From positions 35,529 through 99,528 of the forward strand of contig JAJTER010000002.1 in the NCBI GenBank assembly GCA_021299835.1: 64,000 nucleotides of DNA. Reading direction: 5' to 3'. This DNA is from Saprospiraceae bacterium. GTDB lineage: Bacteria > Bacteroidota > Bacteroidia > Chitinophagales > Saprospiraceae. Positions 1 to 8,048 of the stretch are shown here, piece by piece; positions within the stretch are counted from its first letter, which is position 1; each line of letters opens with the position of its first letter. The notes below the pieces were generated by a model. It saw only the letters and a program-made list of their open reading frames with translations, did not search any database and was not told the DNA's origin. The position numbers and the translations under genes were made by a program.

Positions 1-481
1 TTCCAAAAAAACATACCGTTTTAAAATTATTGTAGGTAATCCACTTTGCCGCCGAATAAATGGGAGGTGTGGGAAAAATGTCACTTGCTACCCATATTCT
101 CCCATTATAGTCAAAGAAAGACCAGTGTAAACTATCGGATTCTCTGCGTACCAAAAGAATATCCGACTGATTAAGCAGGGCCACCGAGCATTCATCTTCC
201 CCAGAGTTTACCTCACCTGACAATGGAAAAGGTTTTGACCATTGCCCGGAATTACCCGTTCTTTCGCTCACCCAAATATCCTTTCCTTTATTGAGCCCAA
301 CATTAATAGGGTGTTTGTCAACGCTAAAAAACAATTTATTCCCGTCATGTGACAGGATTGGCGCTGAATGAGCGTAATTTAAATTTGGAAAAACACGAAT
401 TCTTGATACAGTAGATTGAGCGGATAGGCTTATAGTACAGCATAAGAAAAAAAACTGGATACTAAAACCTATTTTGTTCAT
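1..481 (-). CDS. secreted protein, N-terminal part, PD40/TolB-like beta-propeller repeat signature; 3' end lies outside the window
   Basis: Minus-strand frame is open from the ATG at 481 to the window edge. It is absent from the ORF track because it has no stop; I translated it by hand and found no stops. MNKIGFSIQFFFLCCTISLSAQ looks like a signal peptide. SHDGNKLFFSVDK...DIWVSERTGNSGQWSKPFPLSGEVNS resembles PD40 repeats. Confidence 0.5.
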   Translation of the reverse strand, partial: MNKIGFSIQFFFLCCTISLSAQSTVSRIRVFPNLNYAHSAPILSHDGNKLFFSVDKHPINVGLNKGKDIWVSERTGNSGQWSKPFPLSGEVNSGEDECSVALLNQSDILLVRRESDSLHWSFFDYNGRIWVASDIFPTPPIYSAAKWITYNNFKTVCFFG

Positions 482-489
482 GACTCTTT

Positions 490-1623
490 TTAAACTTTAT
501 AAGTAATCTCTAATTCTTCGGAATTAGCGCGCGACTGACAAGTAAGAATATATCCCTGTTCAATTTCCTCCGGATCTAAAGCATGGCAAACATCCATAAT
601 AACGGAACCAGAAATCACTTTGGCCATACAACTGGAACAAGCGCCTGCGGTGCATGAATAGGGTGGATTTTTCTTGGCGGCGATAAGAACCTGAAGAATT
701 GTTTTTTGTGCGGGTAGTTCCAGCGTAAGAATTTCATCGCCCAATTCGACTTTCATAACGGCATTTACCCCATTTTTATTACTCTTTGTGCTTGATACAT
801 CACCCGATAAAAATAACTCTTTATTTATATTTTCTTTATTTATTCCATCTTCAATCAGAGAGGTTTCTGCGGTAGCTGCTAAATCTTCAGGTCCGCAAAT
901 AAAAAATTCACTTTTTACACCCGACGCCACATTTTCCGATCTAAAACGCTGGATCATTTTTTTATCAATTCTTCCTATTTCACCATCCCAGGTGAGTTTA
1001 CCCTTTGAAAACAAACCACCCAAACCTCCTGATTTTTCTCTTTTAGGCTGAGAAAGGGTTAGGGTACAGAAAAATTGCCCGGCATATCGCTTTGTCATTT
1101 GTTCCAATTCATTCCTGAAAATAATGGATTCTTCGTTTCTATTGCCATAAAGCAGGTAAACTGAGCTTTGGGGTTCCTCCTCAAGAACCACTTTTGCGAT
1201 GGAAAAAAGAGGTGTTATACCGCTACCAGCACCAATCAGGAAATAATTTTTCCTTTGTTCCGGATTTAATTCAGGATGAAAATCCCCTTCTGGTTGAGAT
1301 ACCTCCAAAAAATCACCCTTTGTAAGATTATCAGCAAGGTAATTTGAAACTAATCCTTTTTTAACCCTTTTGACCGTGATACACAAATCAGTTTCCAGAG
1401 GACTGGAACTCATGGAATAAGAGCGCCTGACTTCCTTACTTTTAATATTAAGTTTTAGCGTCAAATATTGTCCCGCCTGATAAACGTAATAATCTTTTAA
1501 TTCATCTGGAACTATTAATTTTATAGTGAAAGCCTCTGGGGTTTCTTCTTTTACCTCTTTGACTTCTAAACGGTGAAAATGCTGACTCATGACCCTTTTA
1601 AGTTTATTTAATACATAACGCAA
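490..1623 (-). CDS. FNR-type oxidoreductase with C-terminal plant-type [2Fe-2S] ferredoxin domain (PaaE / Rv3230c-like reductase)
   Basis: RRSYSMSSSP matches the FAD-binding RxYS motif. GAGSGITPLFS and FICGPEDL match NAD(P)-binding motifs. CTAGACSSCMAKV...LTCQS is a CX4CX2C...C cluster. Confidence 0.85.
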   Translation of the reverse strand: MRYVLNKLKRVMSQHFHRLEVKEVKEETPEAFTIKLIVPDELKDYYVYQAGQYLTLKLNIKSKEVRRSYSMSSSPLETDLCITVKRVKKGLVSNYLADNLTKGDFLEVSQPEGDFHPELNPEQRKNYFLIGAGSGITPLFSIAKVVLEEEPQSSVYLLYGNRNEESIIFRNELEQMTKRYAGQFFCTLTLSQPKREKSGGLGGLFSKGKLTWDGEIGRIDKKMIQRFRSENVASGVKSEFFICGPEDLAATAETSLIEDGINKENINKELFLSGDVSSTKSNKNGVNAVMKVELGDEILTLELPAQKTILQVLIAAKKNPPYSCTAGACSSCMAKVISGSVIMDVCHALDPEEIEQGYILTCQSRANSEELEITYKV

Positions 1624-1814
1624 TTTCTAAAGTAGGGTTTAAAAGAAAGGGAGGATTATAGAAACAATAGGCTTTCATACTTTTAGCACAAGGTCAACTT
1701 AAACTCCCTATGTATGAGTTATGAATATTTTTTAAAAATTAATACGCTGATATACAATTTATTATGTTTTCCTCAAGGAGTATATTTTACATGATTACAA
1801 TTGAAATAATTGAT

Positions 1815-1822
1815 TAACTTTG
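1815..1822 (+). promoter_or_regulatory. Bacteroidota sigma-A -7 box (TAACTTTG)
   Basis: Exact TAnnTTTG match ending 2 nt before the first ATG of the 1824 ORF. The mRNA would start at or after that ATG, so the real start may be the ATG at 1839. Confidence 0.3.
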
Positions 1823-1823
1823 T

Positions 1824-2459
1824 ATGACTAAAAACTATATGAGAGATGACATCCAACATATCCTTTCAGGAACGAGCCAAGTTAAGTGCCACCATCTTAT
1901 CCAAACAACCTGCAGTTACCTTAAAGGAAGCCAAGGAGCAAGTTCAATGGTTAAAAACCAACAGCAGTACAAAGAAGAAGAAACAAAGAGATTAATTCAA
2001 TTTGTAAACGATAATAATCTTTGGGTAGATAATCTCAATATCGAATTATACCTATCACAAGGAGCTGAACAAAAAGTTTATTTGAAAGATGGTTCTACTG
2101 TCCTTAAATTAAATGATACCATTTATTACGCTAATTGGGTTGATTATTTTCATAACCTTTTACTCAACAATTTATTTTTCCCTGATACTGCATATAATTT
2201 ACTAGGATTCTATAAGAATCTAGATGTTATTTATGCTTTAGTTGAACAGCCTTTTGTGAAAGCTACTGAAAAAACAGATTTAAATGTTGTAAAAACATTT
2301 CTAGAAAATAATGGCTTTCGAAACACAAAAAATCATGATTATTATAACGAAGAACTTTGTTTAATCTTAGAAGATCTTCACGACGAAAATGTTCTAACAC
2401 GAAATGGAATGCTCTATTTTATAGATACTGTGTTTTATATTGTTTCGCCTAAGAAATAA
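1824..2459 (+). CDS. orphan minimal protein-kinase-like protein (resembles the kinase domain of polyvalent phage/conjugative-element proteins)
   Basis: SQGAEQKVY is glycine-loop-like. VLKL could carry the beta3 lysine. LEDLHDENVL (nt 2373-2390) is a catalytic-loop DxHxxN. YFIDT is a metal-binding D equivalent to DFG. No other domains are seen. The gene is AT-rich. Confidence 0.45.
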   Translation: MTKNYMRDDIQHILSGTSQVKCHHLIQTTCSYLKGSQGASSMVKNQQQYKEEETKRLIQFVNDNNLWVDNLNIELYLSQGAEQKVYLKDGSTVLKLNDTIYYANWVDYFHNLLLNNLFFPDTAYNLLGFYKNLDVIYALVEQPFVKATEKTDLNVVKTFLENNGFRNTKNHDYYNEELCLILEDLHDENVLTRNGMLYFIDTVFYIVSPKK

Positions 2460-2681
2460 ATACTTTAACTAATTTCGCAGCTTCAATTTTAACTCCTTTC
2501 GTTGGAGGAAATTTTGATTTTAATATTCTATTAACTTTAAGCTGTTCAAAATAACATTACGTTAAGGTTGCCTTTACCCTACCTTATTTTGCAAGTAAAC
2601 ATGAAGTTATGAATATGTATTTGAAACATAAAATCAACTAATTTAACCGATGTAAGGGAGCATTTTCCTCATGCAGTAATG

Positions 2682-3863
2682 TCAATCATTGTACCTAATA
2701 CTTTGGGGATGAAAGAATTCCCATGAATGAAGAAATTCCTGATAACAACGAACGCTTTTTAGCATATTCCCTTTCAACTTTCCATCCACACAAACTCCCT
2801 CATAGTTCCATTTTGATCCAGTATTTACATCCCATATTGAATCCTGTTTTTTATGAAATATCAAAATTTCTTTATTTACAATTCTACTGTATGCATGGAA
2901 GGATGCGGTATCATTTTCCAATAGAATAACAATGGGATTATTAGGGAGAGAATCCTGTATTATTCTTTGCTTCGTAAGTTGATTCCAATCATAAGTTTTA
3001 GCATTGGCCCCATCCTGAATGCCTAAAACCCAGGATTTATTTTTCCAGGAAGCGGTATCTCTTTTAGTTAAATCTCCCCTGGAAATTCCTTTATCATACG
3101 TATCCATTTGCTCAAATTCCTCTTTAAAAAGAGGATCAGGTTGTAAGATTTGTGTATTAGGATGAATTCTGGCCCACGCTGACAATATAAGTTGCTCAGA
3201 TTTAAATTCCTTTAATTTATAACCCTTTAAAGGACCCGCTATACATTCACCGGTTGACTGTCGCCACCAACTTTTTGTAGTAGCATCTTCAAACATCGCA
3301 TTGAAATGATCCATTCCAACCAACCTGAAGGTCTCTTGCTTTCCATTGACTATCAGACTATAAATTCTACCTGTTCTACAAACAGTGCAATAAGTAACCA
3401 TTATTGGATGACCATTCATCGTATCAACCACTTGATGATGATAACCAATTAATTGAATTGGATAGGCACTGGCAACACTATCTATCACTACGCCAATGAC
3501 TAATTTATTATCAGGAATTTTATTTTTCGATAAAGAAGTGGTTACCACTTTGATTGGCTGATAAAACATTTTATCAGCTTCCATTTTAAATGTAAAAACA
3601 TAAAAAACGATCAAATACATTGCGGTCAATCCTCCAACGATTAATTTTTCCTTTTTAACACCATTTCTAAGGATTAAAAACAAGGGAACAGATACCATCA
3701 GATACCCAATAAATCGAATAATCCATTTATTGGACCCTAAAAAATAGGCAATTTCAATGGAATCAAAATTTTGACTACCAGGCATAGGCATAATTAAATA
3801 CACTCTGGCACATTCAAAAAGAATTAAAAGGAGCAGACCAAGTATTGCTATCGTTGTTTTCAT
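2682..3863 (-). CDS. DUF3179 domain-containing membrane protein
   Basis: N-terminal hydrophobic helices are followed by MVTYCTVCRTGRIY and other features I recognise from DUF3179 family proteins. Confidence 0.65.
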   Translation of the reverse strand: MKTTIAILGLLLLILFECARVYLIMPMPGSQNFDSIEIAYFLGSNKWIIRFIGYLMVSVPLFLILRNGVKKEKLIVGGLTAMYLIVFYVFTFKMEADKMFYQPIKVVTTSLSKNKIPDNKLVIGVVIDSVASAYPIQLIGYHHQVVDTMNGHPIMVTYCTVCRTGRIYSLIVNGKQETFRLVGMDHFNAMFEDATTKSWWRQSTGECIAGPLKGYKLKEFKSEQLILSAWARIHPNTQILQPDPLFKEEFEQMDTYDKGISRGDLTKRDTASWKNKSWVLGIQDGANAKTYDWNQLTKQRIIQDSLPNNPIVILLENDTASFHAYSRIVNKEILIFHKKQDSIWDVNTGSKWNYEGVCVDGKLKGNMLKSVRCYQEFLHSWEFFHPQSIRYND

Positions 3864-3890
3864 AGCCTAAATTTAATGAAAAGCTCAGAC

Positions 3891-4016
3891 AGAAACAACA
3901 AAGGACCTACGAATTACCGTAAGTCCTTTATTTTCATTTCATTCATATAAAAATACACCGTCAAATAAAGCATCTTCCATTGAAATAAACTTTTCAATAA
4001 CTCGCTTTGTATTCCT
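3891..4016 (-). pseudogene. collapsed remnant of a second AAA-ATPase (DUF4143-type) cassette: first ~13 codons joined directly to the cassette's 3' flank and hairpin module
   Basis: 3973-4003 is identical (31 nt) to 7616-7646, the 5' end of the ATPase gene. The start codon is changed from ATG to ATA. 3891-3960 is homologous to 6257-6326, the ATPase 3' flank, with a 26-nt identical core. The junction lies in the hexamer tcttcc, which is present at both 6341-6346 and 7616-7621. Confidence 0.7.
3902..3927 (-). terminator. hairpin module copy 1, terminator of the hydroxylase-reductase gene
   Basis: aggacctacg-aattac-cgtaagtcct forms a 10-bp stem with one G-U pair on the minus strand. It is followed on the minus strand by tttgttgttt and lies about 90 nt downstream of the stop at 4015. 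Confidence 0.6.
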
Positions 4017-5505
4017 AAATACTTGGTTTTTGCCCTTTAAAAAGACCAAACCAAGGTACATAGCCATCAGCAAAATGCTCTATATTAATATTAGATTTAG
4101 AAATACCTAAATCTTTTAGCTGTTGCGATATTTCATCTTTTAAAGAATCTGGACCACAAAGGTAGTAGCAGGCGTTTTTGTATATGTTTAAATCATTTTT
4201 TTCTATTCGCTTGTTGCCTGAAATAAAATCAATGTATTCAAATTGAGGATATTGACGAGCTAATTGATCCAGTTCTTTTTTGAAAATGATACTTTCTACC
4301 TTTCTATTTGAATAAAGTAAAATCAATTTGCTTTTAGGTTCAAATTGTAGCATTTGAATAATCATACTATATAATGGGGTAATTCCACTGCCTCCTGCAA
4401 CCAATACATAATTATTTTGAACAGCTATATTTGGTTTAAAATTAAAATCCCCAATAGGTAGCAAAGATTCTACTTCATCACCAATTTTTGATGTATTATA
4501 AAAATGATGCGAAACTTCACCCTTTAGTTTCACCGTAATTCTTAGAAAATCATGAATATTTGGCGAAGAACTTAATGAAAAGCATCGATGATAAATTTTA
4601 CCACCAACTTTAACTTTTAAAGTGAGGTATTGCCCTGCTTTATAATTGTAAAATTCTTTGTCCGCCGTTTTAAAATAGACAGAAACAGTATCGGGAGTTT
4701 CTTTTACCAATTTTTCAATAATCAATATTCTGTATTTGGAATTATCAATGATGGATGCATTTTCCCTTTGGTGAATTTCATTAAATGTACTTTCTGTGGA
4801 ATTTAATTCTGTGTCGCAAACGATATCCCAAAACCGAAAAAACAAACCGTAGTTCCCATTGTATTGCGTGTGGTGAAGGCTATGATTCGTTGCATTTACT
4901 AGCATATTAAATGGAGGAAGATTGAAAAATTTAGGAAAAAGCTCATACCCCAGATGTGACTTCAAATTATTTAAAGTTCCAATCACTTGCATGATTCCTA
5001 AAACAGTCATAGAAATGGGAATTAAAATGGCTAATGGTAAAAGCCAAAACGTTAGCCATAAGGACTCTATCACGTGAAAGGAACTTGATGTATAAGGATT
5101 TACATCCAAACTTTTATGATGTAAGGCGTGAACATACTTGTATATACTTGGGTGATGCATTACCCGGTGACTCCAATAAAACCAGGTGTCAGATATGACC
5201 AACATAATAAAAATCATAAAAAATTCATACCATAAGCCATATTTCCCCGCTTCAACATAAAACTTTGTTAATCCACCATCTTTTAATGATATTAAAAGAA
5301 TTGAAAATGTCGTACCTCCTATAAATGAAAGTAGTGTTGCTCCAATTTCGCCTTTTATTTGAGCCCAACCTGCTCTTTTAGAAAGTTGTATTTTTCTGGT
5401 GCTAAGTTTTTGGCCGAAGATTACCCAGAAAATCAAATAAGCTACACTCATTATCGTGAGTGCTGCAAGAACTGTAGTGAAATACTGTTTTATGAATTCT
5501 AACAT
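4015..5505 (-). CDS. fusion protein: fatty-acid-hydroxylase/sterol-desaturase-superfamily membrane di-iron oxygenase (N-terminal) + FNR-like FAD/NAD(P)-binding reductase (C-terminal)
   Basis: His boxes are HRVMHH, HALHH and HSLHH, plus several TM helices in about aa 1-235. The C-terminal part has RCFSLSSSP (RxYS-type FAD motif), AGGSGITPLYS and YYLCGPDSL. No ferredoxin or cytochrome b5 module is present. Confidence 0.85.
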   Translation of the reverse strand: MLEFIKQYFTTVLAALTIMSVAYLIFWVIFGQKLSTRKIQLSKRAGWAQIKGEIGATLLSFIGGTTFSILLISLKDGGLTKFYVEAGKYGLWYEFFMIFIMLVISDTWFYWSHRVMHHPSIYKYVHALHHKSLDVNPYTSSSFHVIESLWLTFWLLPLAILIPISMTVLGIMQVIGTLNNLKSHLGYELFPKFFNLPPFNMLVNATNHSLHHTQYNGNYGLFFRFWDIVCDTELNSTESTFNEIHQRENASIIDNSKYRILIIEKLVKETPDTVSVYFKTADKEFYNYKAGQYLTLKVKVGGKIYHRCFSLSSSPNIHDFLRITVKLKGEVSHHFYNTSKIGDEVESLLPIGDFNFKPNIAVQNNYVLVAGGSGITPLYSMIIQMLQFEPKSKLILLYSNRKVESIIFKKELDQLARQYPQFEYIDFISGNKRIEKNDLNIYKNACYYLCGPDSLKDEISQQLKDLGISKSNINIEHFADGYVPWFGLFKGQKPSI

Positions 5506-5579
5506 TTCACATCAAATTTTAATATCAATAAATGTGATACGAAATTAGAATGAGTGATCCCAACACCACTTAACATTTG

Positions 5580-6155
5580 TTATTTAATTAACTGCTTTCT
5601 AATTCTACTAAGGCTTTGAGGCTTTATTCCTAAGTAAGAAGCAATATATTGGATAGGAACATTCTGAATTATTTCAGGTTGTTGTTCAACCAGTTTTTTA
5701 TATCTCAAATCAGCTGTAAGCGTAGCAAGGTCGTTGGCTCTTATTTGAGTTCTGGCAGCGGCCTGCTCAAAAATCACAAGACTTAAATTTTTAAAGTTTT
5801 CATTTTTGTCTATCAATTCAATCAATTTGCTTCTTTCAATTTTATAAAATTCACAGTTAGTAATACACGCTAAATTTTCATTAGATTTTATTTCGCGAAT
5901 AAAATTTGTGAACGAAGTAATAAATCGGTTGTGTGATTCAATATGGGTTGTTATTTCATCCCCATTGTCATCATAATAAAATAAGCGCATGAATCCATTT
6001 ATAATGAAATACAAATTTTTTGGCACTTTATTTTCTTCTTCAACAATGGTATTCTTAGGTAAAGATTTAAATTCAAAGTGTTGCTTACAAAGTTCAATGT
6101 CTTTGTCTGTAAGTTTTACATAACTGTCAAATAGGTTTAAAAAATGGTCTGACAT
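5580..6155 (-). CDS. Crp/Fnr family transcriptional regulator
   Basis: 191 aa, with a cNMP-binding-like N-terminal domain (YFIINGFMRLFY...) and a C-terminal HTH (IASYLGIKPQSLSRIRKQL). It lies directly upstream of the oxygenase fusion gene on the same strand. Confidence 0.8.
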   Translation of the reverse strand: MSDHFLNLFDSYVKLTDKDIELCKQHFEFKSLPKNTIVEEENKVPKNLYFIINGFMRLFYYDDNGDEITTHIESHNRFITSFTNFIREIKSNENLACITNCEFYKIERSKLIELIDKNENFKNLSLVIFEQAAARTQIRANDLATLTADLRYKKLVEQQPEIIQNVPIQYIASYLGIKPQSLSRIRKQLIK

Positions 6156-6246
6156 TTTACGAGGGTATAATCTTTACGGGATGAATGCATGTCGTAAAAA
6201 TACTATAATTGCATGAATTTTATTGTAACTATAATCTTCTCAATTA

Positions 6247-6347
6247 TCCCTCTCCAAGAAACAACAAAGGACCTACGAATTAGCGTAGGTTATTGCTTTT
6301 CATTTCATACAGCTAAATATACACCCTAATAGAAAAAGCTTCTTCCG
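6247..6347 (-). repeat. hairpin module copy 2 (3' flank of the ATPase cassette)
   Basis: agaaacaacaaaggacctacgaatta is identical to copy 1. The stem is shortened to acctacg/cgtaggt by two changes. The left flank tccctctccaagaaac matches copy 3 at 14 of 16 positions. Confidence 0.7.
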
Positions 6348-7655
6348 CTAAAGCCCATTTTCATCTATGAATGCTGTACAAGCATACAAAGGCAAATTAA
6401 TTAACCAGTCTTCTTTTCTATAATCAGCTAAGGATGTGCGAATACTTATTTCAGGATTGAATTTTTGATGATACACTTTGAGGCTTTTGGCTTTTAAATT
6501 TTCTGCAGCTTTCACTTCCACAGGAATGATACGATGTTGATATTGAATCAAAAAATCAACTTCAGCGGTTGCCCTTTCTGCCGTCCAATAATAAATGGGG
6601 AGCTGTTTAAGGGATTTAAATTGTTGCAAAACATATTGCTCAGCCAGAGCGCCTTTAAATTCTTCAAAAAGAGATTGTTCTGTAATAAAGGTTTGAATAT
6701 CAATATTTCCCATTGCAGCTAACAAGCCTACATCTAATAAATATAATTTAAAATCTGAAAGCGCTGCATACGCAATCAATGGCATGGCGGGTTTATTACA
6801 CCGGCTTACTTTATGAACTAAGCCTGCATCCGTAAGCCACTCGATGGCTAACTCAAATTCACGTGCCCTGGCGCCATTTTTCAAATTTCCATAAATAAAC
6901 TTTCTATTTTCCTTAGCTAATTGCGATGGAAGGGATTGCCATACCAGCCTTATTCTTGGCACGATATCGTGAGGCGCATATTTTGAAAAATCCTGCTCAT
7001 AAGCGGCAAGAATACCTAATTGCTTTTCTCTAACTTTCTTAAAATCCTTTTGATTAATAAAAGTTAATACCGCCTCAGGCATGCCACCAACATAATAATA
7101 TTGCTTTAATAAATGAATATACTTCGCTTTAAATCCAGTAATCAAATCCCAATTCTTTCTTTGTAACAAGTCCAACAATGGCAGTTCATTCATTGCTTCT
7201 AAAAACTCTAAGAAATGTAAAGGATGCAGGTCTAAAAAATCAACCTTACCAACGGGGAAAGATCTGTTTTTATGTAAAGAAACGCCCAAAAGTGATCCGG
7301 CTGCCGCGATATGATATTGATTAGCATTTTCATGAAAATATTTTAAAGACGTAAGGGCAGCTTCACATTCCTGAATTTCATCCAATATAATCAAGGTTTC
7401 GCCCGCAGTAATTTCCGTATCTGTTTCAATTTTTAGGGCCATAATCAGTTTATCTACCTCAAACCCACTTTCAAAAATGCTATGCAATGATTTTGCCGTT
7501 TCAAAATTTATGTATGCAATATTTTTATAGTACGTTTTACCAAACTCTTTCAATAGCCAGGTTTTTCCCACTTGCCGTGCACCCCGAATAATCAAGGGTT
7601 TTCTATCAGCCCTATTCTTCCATTGAAATAAACTTTTCAATAACTCCCTTTCCAT
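6348..7655 (-). CDS. AAA+ ATPase with C-terminal PD-(D/E)xK nuclease-like domain (AAA_14 + DUF4143 type)
   Basis: Walker A is GARQVGKT and Walker B is LIILDEIQ. The C-terminal AEVDFLI...IIPVEVKAAEN matches a D...ExK nuclease-fold motif. Confidence 0.8.
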   Translation of the reverse strand: MERELLKSLFQWKNRADRKPLIIRGARQVGKTWLLKEFGKTYYKNIAYINFETAKSLHSIFESGFEVDKLIMALKIETDTEITAGETLIILDEIQECEAALTSLKYFHENANQYHIAAAGSLLGVSLHKNRSFPVGKVDFLDLHPLHFLEFLEAMNELPLLDLLQRKNWDLITGFKAKYIHLLKQYYYVGGMPEAVLTFINQKDFKKVREKQLGILAAYEQDFSKYAPHDIVPRIRLVWQSLPSQLAKENRKFIYGNLKNGARAREFELAIEWLTDAGLVHKVSRCNKPAMPLIAYAALSDFKLYLLDVGLLAAMGNIDIQTFITEQSLFEEFKGALAEQYVLQQFKSLKQLPIYYWTAERATAEVDFLIQYQHRIIPVEVKAAENLKAKSLKVYHQKFNPEISIRTSLADYRKEDWLINLPLYACTAFIDENGL

Positions 7656-7692
7656 ATCCTTCGTATTTTGTGCCTAAAATTACATTTTTACG

Positions 7693-7726
7693 TTTGAATA
7701 AATGTAAATATCTACATTTATTCAAA
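7693..7726. promoter_or_regulatory. perfect 14-bp inverted repeat (tttgaataaatgta-N6-tacatttattcaaa) upstream of the ATPase gene
   Basis: Read directly from the sequence. It lies 38-71 nt upstream of the ATG at 7655, so it is a candidate operator or promoter-overlapping dyad. Confidence 0.45.
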
Positions 7727-8048
7727 TGAAAATGAATTATTAGTGGTTTTACGTGTCCCTTTGTTACATAATTTATAAAATTTTACCCTCACTCTGTAAC
7801 ATGTTCAAAAAACATCTACGCAATATGAACAATACATCTATTTAAACCTGGAGCTTTCAGAAGACAAAGAACAGTTTGAAAATTTTACATCTATAGAGCA
7901 TTTAATAAATACGGTATTCTTTCTTAAAATTAAAACACTAGCTAAAAAACTACCACTCTCATATTTATTGATGAGTTCCAGGAAGTGCCTGAGATGAGAA
8001 CTGGCTTTTAAATTTATATCTTATTCTTGAAAAGAATAACGTTGATCA

